From NCBI RefSeq assembly GCF_009834535.1, contig NC_045697.1:35218001-35282000 (forward strand): DNA of 64,000 nt, given 5' to 3'. The notes beneath the pieces were generated by a model. The model saw only the letters and a program-made list of their open reading frames with translations. It had not been told where the DNA came from and did not search any database. This DNA is from Camelus ferus (taxonomy: Eukaryota). The position numbers were made by a program, and so were the translations under genes. Within the stretch, counting starts at the first letter, position 1. Each line of letters starts with the position of its first letter. Positions 1 through 12,000 of the stretch are shown in pieces.

Positions 1-960
1 AAGGAAGCAGCGCGCGCGCGGAGAGCCGGGCGCGCGGGGGAGCGGGGCGCGCGGCGCTCCCCGAGGACCCACTGCCGCTCCAGCGGGTTTTCGGTTGAGG
101 CGGGGGCTGCGCCACGGTTTGGTGTCCGTTATGAGTCTTGGCCCGGGCGGCGCAGCTTGCCAGCCATTCTAGCCCGCCTCCCCCTCGGCTCCCATCAGGA
201 AGGGCAGCCGGGCGAGGGCCGGCGACCTCTTCTCCCGCCAGGGCTGCGGCCGCCGGTCGGCGGGCATCCCGGCGCCTGCCTCTAGGGCTGGAAGAAAAAG
301 TGAAATGAAGCGCCTTTCCCCAGGCAACACCTACCCGTCCCCAGTCCAAGTGCAGCTGCCTCGCTCCTCAGGCGCCGCCGGTCCCCGCCCTCGGGCCCCA
401 AGCTCCGTTCTCCTGACAATGGCGCGTTCCCTTTAAGGAATAATCCGATCGGAACCGATCTGTGGTTAAACCTCCCTCCGACACTGATTTTAACCGGATT
501 TCTCTCTCTCCCCGAGAGCCCGACAGGCGCCCGGCGGTGCTGCGAGATCTTCCCACCTCTTCCCCGCCCCGCCCACTCCCTGGCGGTCCTGATTGGCGAG
601 AAACACTACAACAGGAACAGCAATCCTCGCACCCCACTGGCCGGTACAGCCGCCGTTCAGAGTTACCCCCGCCCTCACCCCGCCCCTCTCCCCGGGTTGG
701 CCCTACCTCTAATCACTCTCTGTCTTCTACTCCAGCGTTGCTTTGGAGAACTGGCAGTCAAGGCTCACCCTCCCGCCTCCGGAAAGCGAACTTTATTTTT
801 ATTGGTAAAAGGACATCTTCCTGTGCACCTGATTGGGCAAGGAAAGAGTTAGTCTGCACGCCCCTTACCCATTATCGCGCTCTCTTTACGGGTTTGAGAA
901 ATACAGCCGCCAAGTCCTCCGTACTTTGCCTTGTTCCAAGCGCCTTTCCCTTTAAATGCT
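1..960. promoter_or_regulatory. CpG island promoter, probably FRYL (minus strand) and possibly bidirectional
   Basis: Very GC/CpG-rich. GC boxes (ccccgccccgccc ~562-574) and three ATTGG (reverse CCAAT) boxes at ~592, 801 and 832. FRYL assignment rests on the known mammalian order FRYL(-)/OCIAD1(+)/OCIAD2(-). Confidence 0.8.
335..540 (-). other. FRYL: Probable non-coding first exon of FRYL (TSS approximate)
   Basis: Minus-strand donor GG|GTAGGT (plus acctac 329-334) downstream of the CCAAT/GC boxes. No FRYL coding sequence is in the window; identity is by synteny. Confidence 0.45.
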
Positions 961-3900
961 GGTAGGGGTCGTTGACAAACTCACAGCCTGTACTGGGGAA
1001 AGACGGAAAGGGAGAAGAGAAAAATTCAAAATCTTCTCCAAATCAGTAATACATACGGAGCTGGAGATGGGATCCTGCGGAAGCTCATCCTTCGCTCTAC
1101 TGAATGGAGTGGTTAGAATGAATTAGAATACCCGAAATTCTGGTACTAACTCCTCCTGAGTTTTATTCAACAAGTTTTCACTTACTGTCCACCCTACTCC
1201 CACGGTCGATCCCATAGGCATTTCGCTACCCCAAAGAACTTTAATAAAGGGATCTGCAAATCTAGAGGTGTCCTGCTCTGTCCCGTAATCGTTCATTTAA
1301 AAAGCATTTAAATCGCTTCCATTAAAAGTTCCATTTAATTCATGTCTTCTGTGTTATCTCGGGGTTTGTCACTAGAGCTAAGTTACTCTTCTGAAAAGAC
1401 TGAATAGATGCCCAATCCCCACCATGCCAGCCTCCAAAGTTGAAGACGTCCGTCCGCCTTGCTAGAACAGTGTCCTGGGGAGACCAGACTGAGCCCAAGC
1501 AGGTACCAGAAGTCTATTTCTTGACAGAAAGGGGGAGTCTGGCACCGGAAGCTTAACCCTGCCCCAAAACCTCATGTATGGAAAGAGTAGGAACTCTGCG
1601 GCAGCCTGCTGGGGTCTGCCTTATGATTTTCCCAGTTTCCCATGGGAGCTGTAAGAAACGAAAGGGTTGCAACTGCTGAAATTGGGTACTCAAGTGCTTT
1701 GGTACCCATTTGAGTGTTAGGGGGAAACGATTAAATTTTCTGCTCCTCTTTGCCAATGAACTTTGAGAGACTTTGGACCTCAGGATGTTTAGTGCATTTG
1801 CATGAGACCTCAGAAGAAACCAGTGCTGCCAAGAAAGTGGCAGCTCCCGGCAGTTCCCTAGAAAAGCTTTAGTACCAGAAAGGGGTAGGGTGTGGGGAGG
1901 GAAAACGTTGGTAGTTGATAGGACTTTTCTGTGAGTTCAGGTGAAAAATCTCCTGGGGATACTCATAAATATGGAAGACTTACAAAAGGGAAAGGTTGCA
2001 GGTAGTTTACGGGTTTCTAGTAGAGGCAAGAGACAAGGAAATATCTGGGTTATATTTATATGGCCTTCACAGATGTTTAGAAAAAAAAAAAAACACTTCA
2101 GGTTCAAGATCTAGGTGATGTTTTCAAACTCTTTGTAAAACACTTGCTTTATGATGCCCAGATTATTTTGTTACACTAGCACATTGGGCCATAACTCCAG
2201 AAAGCAGTCTAACCTCTAGATTCTCTTCCTTACACCTAACCAACCATGTTGAGATAATCACCTTACAAATATAATTTATAACTATTTCTATTTCACACTT
2301 ACCCACAATAGGATTATTTATCACCTTTTAGCCCACACACTCAGCCTCCTGGCACTAATACTTCTCTTAGTATTTCACACTGAGGAATAATTTAGGAAAT
2401 CTACAAACCTGGATATGCAGGTCATTCTTAAGAATGCTCAGTGTTATTGAACACAGTCCCAATTGTAACCCTGGAGAAATGTACAATATGTACTTTTCCC
2501 TTCAGAGGGAATTTATCTCCTACCTAGATCCCCATTCTTTAAAAAGAAATATTCTCTCAATGTGCCAATATGACAAACTTTCCAACATCCTTGAATATAG
2601 ATCTTTGTTAACTCTTTTAAAGGTGAAATGCACTATGATCAATTATTCTCTGTTTATGAACAAAGGGAAACCATATCAAAGAACTACCAGTCAAGCCAGC
2701 AATTCTTTTTCCTCAGAAAAATTTTGTTACCAATTATACTGCAAATTGTTTTCAGTTCACCATAGATTTATATAGTAACTACTATGTGTTGAGTAAATAA
2801 GGGGAAAAATTGATGAATATACCTCCATTCTCCAGAGAGTACAATCAATCTCCAAATTCTACCCATAAGTAGCACAGTGTTACCCCTCATTCAGCATGTA
2901 GGTGGATACCATCTATTAATCAATGATTTTCCACCATCAAATTAAGAAAAAATCCAATAAAAGCTGTCAACCAAAATCTCTTTCCCTAGGCCTTTATTAG
3001 TCTGAATGAGAAGGAGACAAATGAAAAAAAAATAGTAATTTGTTTTTATAAAGAAACTTCAAAAAATATTTCCTGGGTCTCTATAGAGGAAGAAGTCCTC
3101 CACCTTCTATATTTCAATGTGTTCCTTTGTTAAAAAAAAAAAAAAAAAAAAGAACTGACATTCACTGAGAATTCTATCTAGTAGAATATTCTATCACTGA
3201 ATATTCTACTTACTGAGGCAGGAAAAAAAAAGATACTAATATATTTTTTAAAAGATTTCCAACTCTCTGCTGCTTAAAACCCTTTAAAGATTCTCAAGGC
3301 ATGTATTAAATATAGTCCAAGCATCTCAGCAAAATATACACGCCCCTTTATAATCTAACTCTAGGCTGCCTCTCAGATTTCTTCTCTGGCCACTGCTTCA
3401 TTTGATATTTGAAATGGCTGCTCTTTGGATGTCAATGATCCTGCTCTTTCAAGCTTCAGTGCTTTGGGGCATGTGGTTCCCTTTGTCTAGAATAGCCCTC
3501 CCCTCCATGTTTACCTGGAGACTCTACAATCTGCACATTAAAACCCAAAGAAGATTTACCTTTTTTGCAAAGCCTTCTCTGATTGGACCTCCTTCCCTGA
3601 TTTAGCATTTTTCTACCATATATACGTTTTCCTGATTACAAGTATCATGCTAAAGACAGAAATTAAGTGATTCTTTTTCTGTCTCTTGCACTAATCTGGT
3701 TTGTTTTCAAAGAGCAAGGGCCATGCTTATACATCTTTGCATCAGCATCACTTAGGATGATGCCTGACATAACTGAAAGCTTTCAATAAATGCATGTCAA
3801 ATTAAATGAGCAAAGCTAAAACAAAACAGTTAACCTACAGTGTGAAAATCTAATTAACCAGAATACTTTTCTAGGAATATTCTGATTACTTAAGATTTTA

Positions 3901-4075
3901 TTGTAAATCTATCTTATCAACTAGTCTAAATCACTGGTTCCCCGACTTCTTAATTTCATGGACTGGTAAAATTTGCAAGGAATTTTTGGGAACTGACATA
4001 GGCTTAACAACTTTTTATTTTGCCAAGTAAAGGTATTTAAATAAATACAAATAAATCCTCTATCTAGTTTCCCCA

Positions 4076-4165
4076 TTATTTCATAAAATAAGATTTTAAA
4101 ACCCAAAATTGGGATGGTTATTTCATAAAATAAGAATATTTTAAAACCAAAATTTGGGAGGGTTA
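4076..4165. repeat. Imperfect ~42-bp tandem duplication
   Basis: ttatttcataaaataaga..ttttaaaacc.aaa.ttggga.gg occurs twice, starting at 4076 and 4118. Confidence 0.85.
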
Positions 4166-5519
4166 TAATTTCAGAATGACAGTTCTTCAAATAAATTTCA
4201 CATTATAAAGAACTTGCCCAAACCTCCACTGAGTCTAAGATACTCATTGTGCTTCACATTACTTGATCTGATGCTTTCTTTCATCTATTTTTAAAAGATA
4301 TTTAGAAATGAAAATATTCCTAGGTTATTTTCCCCTCTACAATGTTTATGATGGAAGAGAAACTATTTGGCTTTTTGTTAATTTTCACTCTACCCATGAG
4401 TAAATGTTAGTCATCACTAATTGACTTGCTAGCTTCCTGCCAGAATATTTGTGGAGAAATTCTTATTTCTCCACAAATGGAGGCCCTTAGAAAATGCTTC
4501 CTGAATTCCTTTTTGCATCTATCATATCTTACAGAGTTTCTCTCTCTTTCTTTTGGGAAGCTTACCACTCTTTAAAAACCATTGTTTAGTCCTTAGAAAG
4601 TTCCCCTTTGTCAATGAGTCAAACAATAAAAATTCACGTGCTCTTTAAAAAATTTCTTTATCTATATAACACATATGTTTCTGAGCTTCCAAAAATTTAG
4701 GTTAAGTGCCTGATAACCATCAATGGATATCATAGTATCTATCCTGTGTCACAGTTATTGTAAGGATAATATGGACCTTATAAAAGCATGTGGAGAAATG
4801 TTGGTGTTATGTTAATGCAAATATTATATGTATATTATTTATATATAACTACTTTTTTAAATCATGCAAACATAATCAGATATAAATCCTTTATGATGGG
4901 ATAGCTCATAATGGCTAAGAATCCCATAGAAGATTTCTGATTCCATGGTAAAGGTCTAGAAATACTACGTTCTAAACTGGGTCAAATAATTGATTTCTTG
5001 TTTCATGGAACACACAATTAATGTATATGAGATCATCTTCCATTAATAAAATACTATATTTGTTTTGCCTTACTTCAAATTCTATACCTATTTTAGATCA
5101 CCTAGGAGCTTTATGTTTTAATACTACTTTTATTAATTGGGATACCTTTATCAGTAAGATCTTAACTTTATCCAAAATATCCTACTGGTGCTATGTTAGT
5201 ATTCTGCCATTTTTCTTTCCTTTTATCATTACAATGGGACTTCCATTCTAAACAGATACACTGTGTGAAAATGTGAATTTAAAGAAGAGATAAATCAAGG
5301 ATTAAGTACTGACTTTATAAGTAAATTACTCTGAGAGAAGTTTTAGGCTATTATTCAACTTAAATCTATTTCCACTCACAAACAATTCAGAACTAAAGGC
5401 ATAACATCTATGTTCAGTACAATCCCCTTTGTCTACTCTATCACTAAAAATGTCTTTAAATTAAGCAGCCAAGAGCACATATACAGAGGTTACTTTTCAG
5501 ATTAAATTTTTTTTTTAAT

Positions 5520-5642
5520 TTTTTGAGGGGGGAGGTAATTAGGTTTATTTATTTATTTACTTAATGGAGGTACTGGGGATTGAACCCAGGACCTCATGCA
5601 TGCTAAGCATGTGCTCTACCAATTGAGCTACACCCTCCCCCC
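5520..5642 (-). mobile_element. Camelid tRNA-derived SINE (Vic-1-like)
   Basis: Reverse complement shows A box (TAGCTCAATTGG), B box (GGTTCAATCC) and AT-rich tail; flanked by taaatttttt..tttaat direct repeats. Confidence 0.85.
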
Positions 5643-6245
5643 TAAATTTTTTGTTTAATGCACTGAACAGTTCATCTGTCCCTATTGGGATGGTTATCCA
5701 GTACTATGGTGAAATCACTTTGAAACTACCTTAAAACCTTGTTGGATTTTAATGTGTATTTTAAAGTGTTGCTCGTGTAAGTAAGAACTTTTAAACTTTT
5801 AAAGTCCCTTTAAAAGAAAACATAAAACAGTTTTTAATCCATCCCCAGTTTATGAGTTGGAGGAAAGTTGGTGGGAAAAAAAATGTGGGCACTGTATTTA
5901 GTCATTGTTACCACCTATCAACTCGTTATCTCATTTGGGAAAGGAATTCATGAATTATCTGAATAACTTGGAAATGTGATTGGGGGTAAAAAGAGTTACA
6001 TGATCATACTACTGGCAAAAGAGTTTACTACATGACTGACTGCCTTCAGAGACTTCTGTCTGTTGATAGAAAAGCAGAAAAACAAAGGACAAAGGAGAGT
6101 CTCTTTAATTAATCCTTCCAACTAAGCAAAACAAATAGATCACTTGTTTCAGCAACAGAAGCAAACTGTTAACAACTGAGAAAAGCCACCTGCAGGTGCT
6201 TCTGAACACAAAGTGCCCCAGAGCCTAGAATTACTATTGCTTAAA

Positions 6246-6580
6246 AGGGTCGGCAAACTTTTTCCATTAAGGGCCAGATAGTAAATATTTTTGGCTTTAC
6301 GGGCAGTATGGGCTCTGTCACAACTACTCAACTGTGTTGCAGCAGCACAAAAGTGGCCACAGAGAATACATACATGAATATGAAGGGCTATGTTTCAATA
6401 AAACTTTATTTATGGACGCTGAAATGGAATTTATTTATCTTTATGTGTCAAGATATATCATTCTTCTTTTTATTTTTTCCCAACCATTTCAAAATATAAA
6501 AAACATTCTTGGCTTGCAGGCCATGCAAAAAGAGACAGTGGGATAGATCTGCCTGTGGGCAGTAGTGCTGACGCCTGATC
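6246..6580. mobile_element. MER58-type hAT-Charlie MITE
   Basis: aggggtcggcaaactttttc..aagggccagatagtaaatatttt matches the recalled MER58 terminus. Confidence 0.75.
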
Positions 6581-6589
6581 TAACATAAA

Positions 6590-7160
6590 CCTAATTCATT
6601 AAAAATATTGTAAAGTACCTGGTATGTGTCAGGTACTATGTTAGGCCTGGGGATTATCATGGCTAACAAGATAGACATGGTCCCTGTCCTCATGGAGCTT
6701 ATGATATAATAATCACACAAATATATAATCAGAAACTGTAATTAGTGGTCATGAATGAAAAGTCCAGGGTGCTTCAAGCTATGACTTGTAATCTGGACTA
6801 GGAGGTCAGAGAAGGCTTTACTTTTGACAAGGACTGAAAATGAGTATGACTTGACATGGTGTAGTTGGGGGATGGGGAAAAAGAAACTATTTCAGGCAGA
6901 AGGCACAGCATGTAGGGCACCTTGATGGCACTGAAAAATCTGTGTGCCTGGAAAATACAAAGTAAAAGGAAGAGAGACAAAGAGTTAAATTGGAGAAATA
7001 GGTAAAAGCATGCAGGGCATAGGAGATCATCATTCAGACCTAGAAAACCTTGAAGGCTTTAAGTCAAAGCTATGGCATGGTCAGATTTGCACTTTTAAAA
7101 GACCACTAGCTATACTGTGGAGATTACATTAGGGGAGGGGAAATCGTGGTGACTGTGATG
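6590..7160 (-). mobile_element. L2 LINE 3' fragment
   Basis: attcatt..aaatatt..tacctggtatgtgtcaggtactatgttagg..catggtccctgtcctcatggagctta is typical L2 3' end on the reverse strand. Confidence 0.7.
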
Positions 7161-7589
7161 GTCAAAGGCTTCCAGGACCCTAGACTCAAGGCCCTAGAAT
7201 GAGACATGAATATTTTACCTATGCCAGTATGTTCTCAAAACCTTACATGAATTAATAAATCGAATTTCATAACAACCCCATAAGTGGACATTATTACCTT
7301 TTCTTTATGACTTAACTACAGGCTGCCTATCAATTATCCCCTTGCTGCTGCCCCGGTTGCCTCTGGTTTACAGAATCATGGGAAGGAATTGCAGGAGAAA
7401 GGTTAGAATGAGGAGGAAAGAAGGGGCAGAAAGAAATAAAGGTGTGTTTTATGGGATCATAACCTTGGCTTAGACTCTAGTCTCTTCCCTAAGAGGTTGC
7501 ATTGCTTACTGGGAATGAGACCCAAATTCAACGAGGTGACTGCCTTGGGTATCCGTGGAAGCCCTTGTGAGAATACTCATTGCTACAAA

Positions 7590-7701
7590 AATATATGCAG
7601 TGCAATGTCTGGTACATACCTTAACTAAAACAAATAAACAAAACTTCTTTATCTAAAATTCAAATCCAACTAGGCATCCGGTATTTTATCTCTCAAGCCT
7701 A
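7590..7701. mobile_element. Partial MER53-like hAT MITE
   Basis: tttatctaaaattcaaatccaactaggcatccggtattttatct..caagccta resembles the MER53 arm. Confidence 0.55.
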
Positions 7702-8863
7702 TACTAAAGAAACAAACACGTTCCCCCCCATATAACCAATATGTCATTTGGAGATACCTGGCCTCTTAAGATTTAGAAATCAGCCTGAACGCCTTTAACT
7801 CATCAAAAAGCCTTCCCAAGGGCTTTATGAATTACCAGGGCAGAGGTGTGAGATGGAGGATTACGTTATCACCTTTGCCTCCAGGCTCATTCTTTCGCCT
7901 TGAAGACTCACTTCCAAGCTCTTCCAATACCAAGAAAACCAACACCGTTTGGAAACATTGTGACAGTGATAAATTTCACTGGAGAGCTGGGAGTGAACAG
8001 TCCCATCAGACACAGACTCGAAAATATTTCAAAGTAGTATTTTATTATACTCTCTTCTGTAGAGTCCTTTCAGCCACCTACCACCAGTGGCTGAAATGAT
8101 CTGCCCTCTGCCATAATCCCTGGGTCATGATAACCCTCTTAAAACGCCCTTTTCCCTCCTCTCAGTAGCCAAGAATTTCTCTCCTCCTAGCCAGCAAATT
8201 CCCAAAGCAGTTTTGACTCCTCTCTAAAGCTTTGTCACCAGCCGAATGAAACCCAAGACCTCAGGATCTCAATCACTTATTGAGGTGTTTTTCCAAAAGA
8301 AAGTTTGAAATTCTAAGAATTCTGATGCCAGCATTTGAGACAATAATCACTTTTTCTTAAGTTGCTATATCACTTTTTGCCAGCATTTGGGAAAAAGAAA
8401 GATATCTCTTTTGGATGAATCCAGTGGGACCCATTTTTTCCAGTTACATCATCATTTTCTTAGTGAAGTTCAACTACTTTTTGCCCTGTAACTAGGTACA
8501 TCAAAAGTTCAGGAAAAACAATATGGGTAGGATTTTAGATTCCATTATAAATTCCCACCATACCCTCCTCCATTCTGCCTTTAAATCTAATTAAAAACTA
8601 AAGCTGATTACTTTTTCCAAGGTAAAGGAAGAAGATTTTGGTAAACATAGAACAATTTGCCATTCTGGAAATAGCAAAATGCTGGAAGCATTACCTGATT
8701 TATTTAAAAAAAAAAAAAAAAAGAATGAAAGGTACTATTAGGTAAACTCTCAGGTAAGAGTGAGGAGAAAAGAGGAGGCAGAAAGACATGAAAAAAATAG
8801 GTTCTGTGGAACCAAGGCCCTATAGGTTCAGGCCTACTCCATTATATTTTCCAAGGCTTATCT

Positions 8864-8953
8864 TCTCCCATCCAACTACTAACCAGGCCCGACCCTGCTT
8901 AGCTTCTGAAATCTGACAAGATTGGGCTCGTTCAGGGTGGCACGGCCATAGGC
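8864..8953 (-). pseudogene. 5S rRNA retropseudogene (nt 1-90, tailless)
   Basis: Reverse complement GCCTATGGCCGTGCCACCCTGAACGAGCCCAATCTTGTCAGATTTCAGAAGCTAAGCAGGGTCGGGCCTGGTTAGTAGTTGGATGGGAGA matches 5S nt 1-90. 13-bp TSD with 11/13 identity at 8851-8863 and 8954-8966. Confidence 0.93.
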
Positions 8954-9178
8954 CCAATGTTTATCTCCTGAATTTAGCTTTACTTGCCTATTTTCCAGGT
9001 GGTTCTTAGATACTGCAAAAAACACATAAAGATATATAGACATAGTAATCCTGCTAGCCAATAGTAAAACACAAAGATACATGAATACATATTCCTGTGA
9101 GGTCATCTACAGCAAAATGAAACAGGGGATTTGGTCAATCTCACTGATACATTTAAAAACAGGTTTGCCACAGTTGTC

Positions 9179-10128
9179 TTTTTTTTTTGAAAAAGTATCT
9201 GAATAAAAGCATTAATGTTTTATTGTTTTTCTGCAAGTATAAATTTAGCCTGAATGTTAGTGTATTGATAACTGGCATAGATTAGACTAATTACTAATTA
9301 TGTAAAGGACAAGCAGGTTAGTAATGTAGTAGTCACCCTGATAATGTGGTAATAGAGAAGCAGAGGCTCAAATGCAAGTAGCAAAACAATATGCAATTGA
9401 TTTGTCATTGTTTTCAGGATGTTTACCACCCCAGAAAATGTTCATTTTCTACATATAATAAAAGTACCAACACAGTGAATAGTTTTACAAAACAACTGAA
9501 AAAAATAAAATCTTATTTTAGTAAATTACTCTTTTAACATAGAAAGAAGTCCATGATAACTGAACAAATTGTCCTTCAAAGAGACATCTTACCTTTACTG
9601 AATTATGTTTCCTTTTACTCAATCAGTGAAGCAATGTACAACTTTATCTGTGTGGATTTTTTTCCCTTCAGGAAAATCCTCCACTTTTCATATGTCAGTA
9701 CTTTGGCAGGTCACATTCTCCATAAGACAAGCTTTACAAACCATCTGATGGCTGTTATGAAATCCCACTCAACACAATTTAGTATTTTGCATCTATTTAT
9801 AGAAGTCTTGTTATGTGAACATTTTCAGTCTGTACGAGGCCAGCCTGGTAATTTTCATGTAAGAAAACAATTTGTTCTGGTCTCCAAAATGGCACTGATA
9901 TCAAAAGTGTCCTTCACTTTGGAGATCTTGTAACTGAAGAACCCTCAGCAAAAGCAGTAAAAATGGTGGTGATAGCGTCTGAAGTGGCAGTGCTCATGGG
10001 AGAGGTCTTCCTGGCTAGCATAATGGAGTCAGCAGTTATTGTTGAGTGATGGTGAGAGACAGCATCTGGCCTTCACGTTCATTTCTTTCCTGACATCGAG
10101 ACCCCGCCAGCCTCAAGGAATCCAAGTG
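9179..10128 (-). pseudogene. Probable processed pseudogene, parent not identified
   Basis: On the minus strand: stop-interrupted reading frame, AT-rich 3'UTR-like stretch, AATAAA (~9218-9223), A10 tail (9179-9188), and degenerate TSD aaaaacaac/aaagacaac at a TT|AAAA site. Confidence 0.55.
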
Positions 10129-11267
10129 GTTGTTTTTAACAGCAATTCCATTATAGTCCCCAACCTATTTTTCTATTTTTCTAGCACCATCTCCCACTAA
10201 TCCTTAGTCTTTGGATCAAATTGGTCTATATTGCTATTCCCCCAGATTCCTTCACTGCCCTTGCCTACATCACAGAGAAAGCTTTCAGAAGAGCAGGGTC
10301 CAAGAAGGTTAACCGAGGAATCAGGAGAGGAGTATTTAATCATGACGGCATTGACAACAGCTGAGCTAGAGAAGCCGGACTGCAGCCCCTCTGAATTGCC
10401 CTAGGAAACCTACAGATGAATCTGAAGAGGATGAAAATAAGACAGACAACAGAGTGGTTAAGACCTCTCAGCTTATTCAAAACCCACGAACAGACAAGTC
10501 AAGTGGGCCACAGACTATTGTCAGTGTTTGGAGACTACACTGAAGTGTCCTTAAGGAATCTGGAAATGAGAGGAGTCTAAAGGTCATCTTGGAGTTCACT
10601 GGAAAACCAACACCCAATGATTCAGAGAGAATTCCAAAGTCATCATAGAGAGAATGGCTCCCAACCCTACAAGACTTGTCTGAAGAGGATAAATGCCCCA
10701 TTATATCTAAAAAGGGCCCATCAGAATGGGGGTGGTGATCCAAAGAAATGGTTGTAGACTTTTGAGGAAAAAAACCAAAGCAAAGCCTTGCGTTGATAAA
10801 CTACCTCTTCTGCACGTTTAAGTTTTGAGTCAAAAGCATCTTACCCATAAGTATAAATGTCATATACATCATTATGACAATAATATTGCTGTGGGATAAT
10901 AAGCCATTTATAAATGTTGTATATAACTTTAGAGTTGGCATTTAATCCTAAAGCATTCACCTCCTTTCACATCTATTTACACTACATTCCTATTTACTAA
11001 ATGGGGAGGGGGTTTCTTTATACAGTGCTTTGTCATGAATAATACTTTTTGTTTCTGGGACATTCTTTTTGTGCATTAAAAATAATTCAAAAATAAAAAA
11101 AAAATTAGGAGAATCACAGTAAACTGGGCAGCCTTCATCCAAACCCTTATGAAGGGAGAATGCCATGATTGAAGGAGTCAATCTGTCAATCCCAGTGGCA
11201 GGAACACTATTATTACATGTGCTCTACATGTCAACTTACTGACTTCTTAAAAATACTGTGGAGTGCT

Positions 11268-11800
11268 GTACTGGTCAAGGTTTTTTGCTGCAAATGGCAG
11301 AAACCCACCCTAACTAACTTGAACAAGAAGAGGTGATTTATGCGAGAACACAGAGCTGTCTCCAGAAACGGTAAAGCCACTGAGCTTCTGAAGGACCTGG
11401 AAAAGGGAGCTGGCAGGCACTGTCCCCGGGCTCTCCCTCTGGTGCCCACGGCCCCAGTTTCTTCTTCTCTAGGCAAGTCTGCTTCATTCCCCTCTCCCTT
11501 TCTCTGCAGGACAGCCTCAACTAGCTCTGATAGCACAGGACGGGCATTATTACTCTGCAGTAGGGCCTCCTGTCCCATGTTTACATCACTTCCTTCAAGA
11601 AAATAGACCAATCTGGATAGGATCTCTGGGTCTAAACTGCAAGTTCCTGACAGAAACAATCTGATTAGCCACACCTAAATAAGAAGCCCATCCCTTGTTC
11701 ATTTCCTTCTGGGCAGTGGCATAGGACCACACTATAAAGCATGGATACGAGAGGCCCACAGTCATGGAAGGAGGGAGGGAGGGAAGGAAAGTGGCTATTC
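11268..11800. mobile_element. MaLR LTR (MLT1J/K-like)
   Basis: tgtactggtcaagg..ttgctgcaaatggcagaaaccca..aactaacttgaac resembles the MLT1J/K terminus. Confidence 0.55.
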
Positions 11801-11854
11801 TCATAGGGAGTAAACCAGTGTGACCTGTGAAGACATCCCAAAAGACATCTTCTA

Positions 11855-12000
11855 CAGGTAGGAACCATTATTATCCCCATTTTACAGATGAGGAAATTAA
11901 GGTGTTCAGAGCTTAAGTAACTTGCCCAAGGTCACAGAGCTAGTCAATGTCAGACTCAGGATCTGAAGTCAAGTCTGTCTGAGTCTTAATCACTATGTTG
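11855..12000 (-). mobile_element. MIR SINE
   Basis: attatccccattttacagatgaggaaa..aagtaacttgcccaaggtcacagagctagt is the MIR core. Confidence 0.85.

Noticed and set aside
462..965. 167-aa + strand ORF and overlapping minus ORFs
   Set aside because: GTG start, Pro/Arg/Ser-rich, inside a CpG island where stops are naturally rare; no recognisable protein.
8063..8284. Alternative frame ending DLRISITY, reminiscent of an IRF-association-domain strand
   Set aside because: That frame has about six stops and no other IRF features are nearby; likely coincidence.
8864..8953. Functional 5S rRNA gene
   Set aside because: 3' truncated at nt 90, multiple substitutions, no terminator, single copy.
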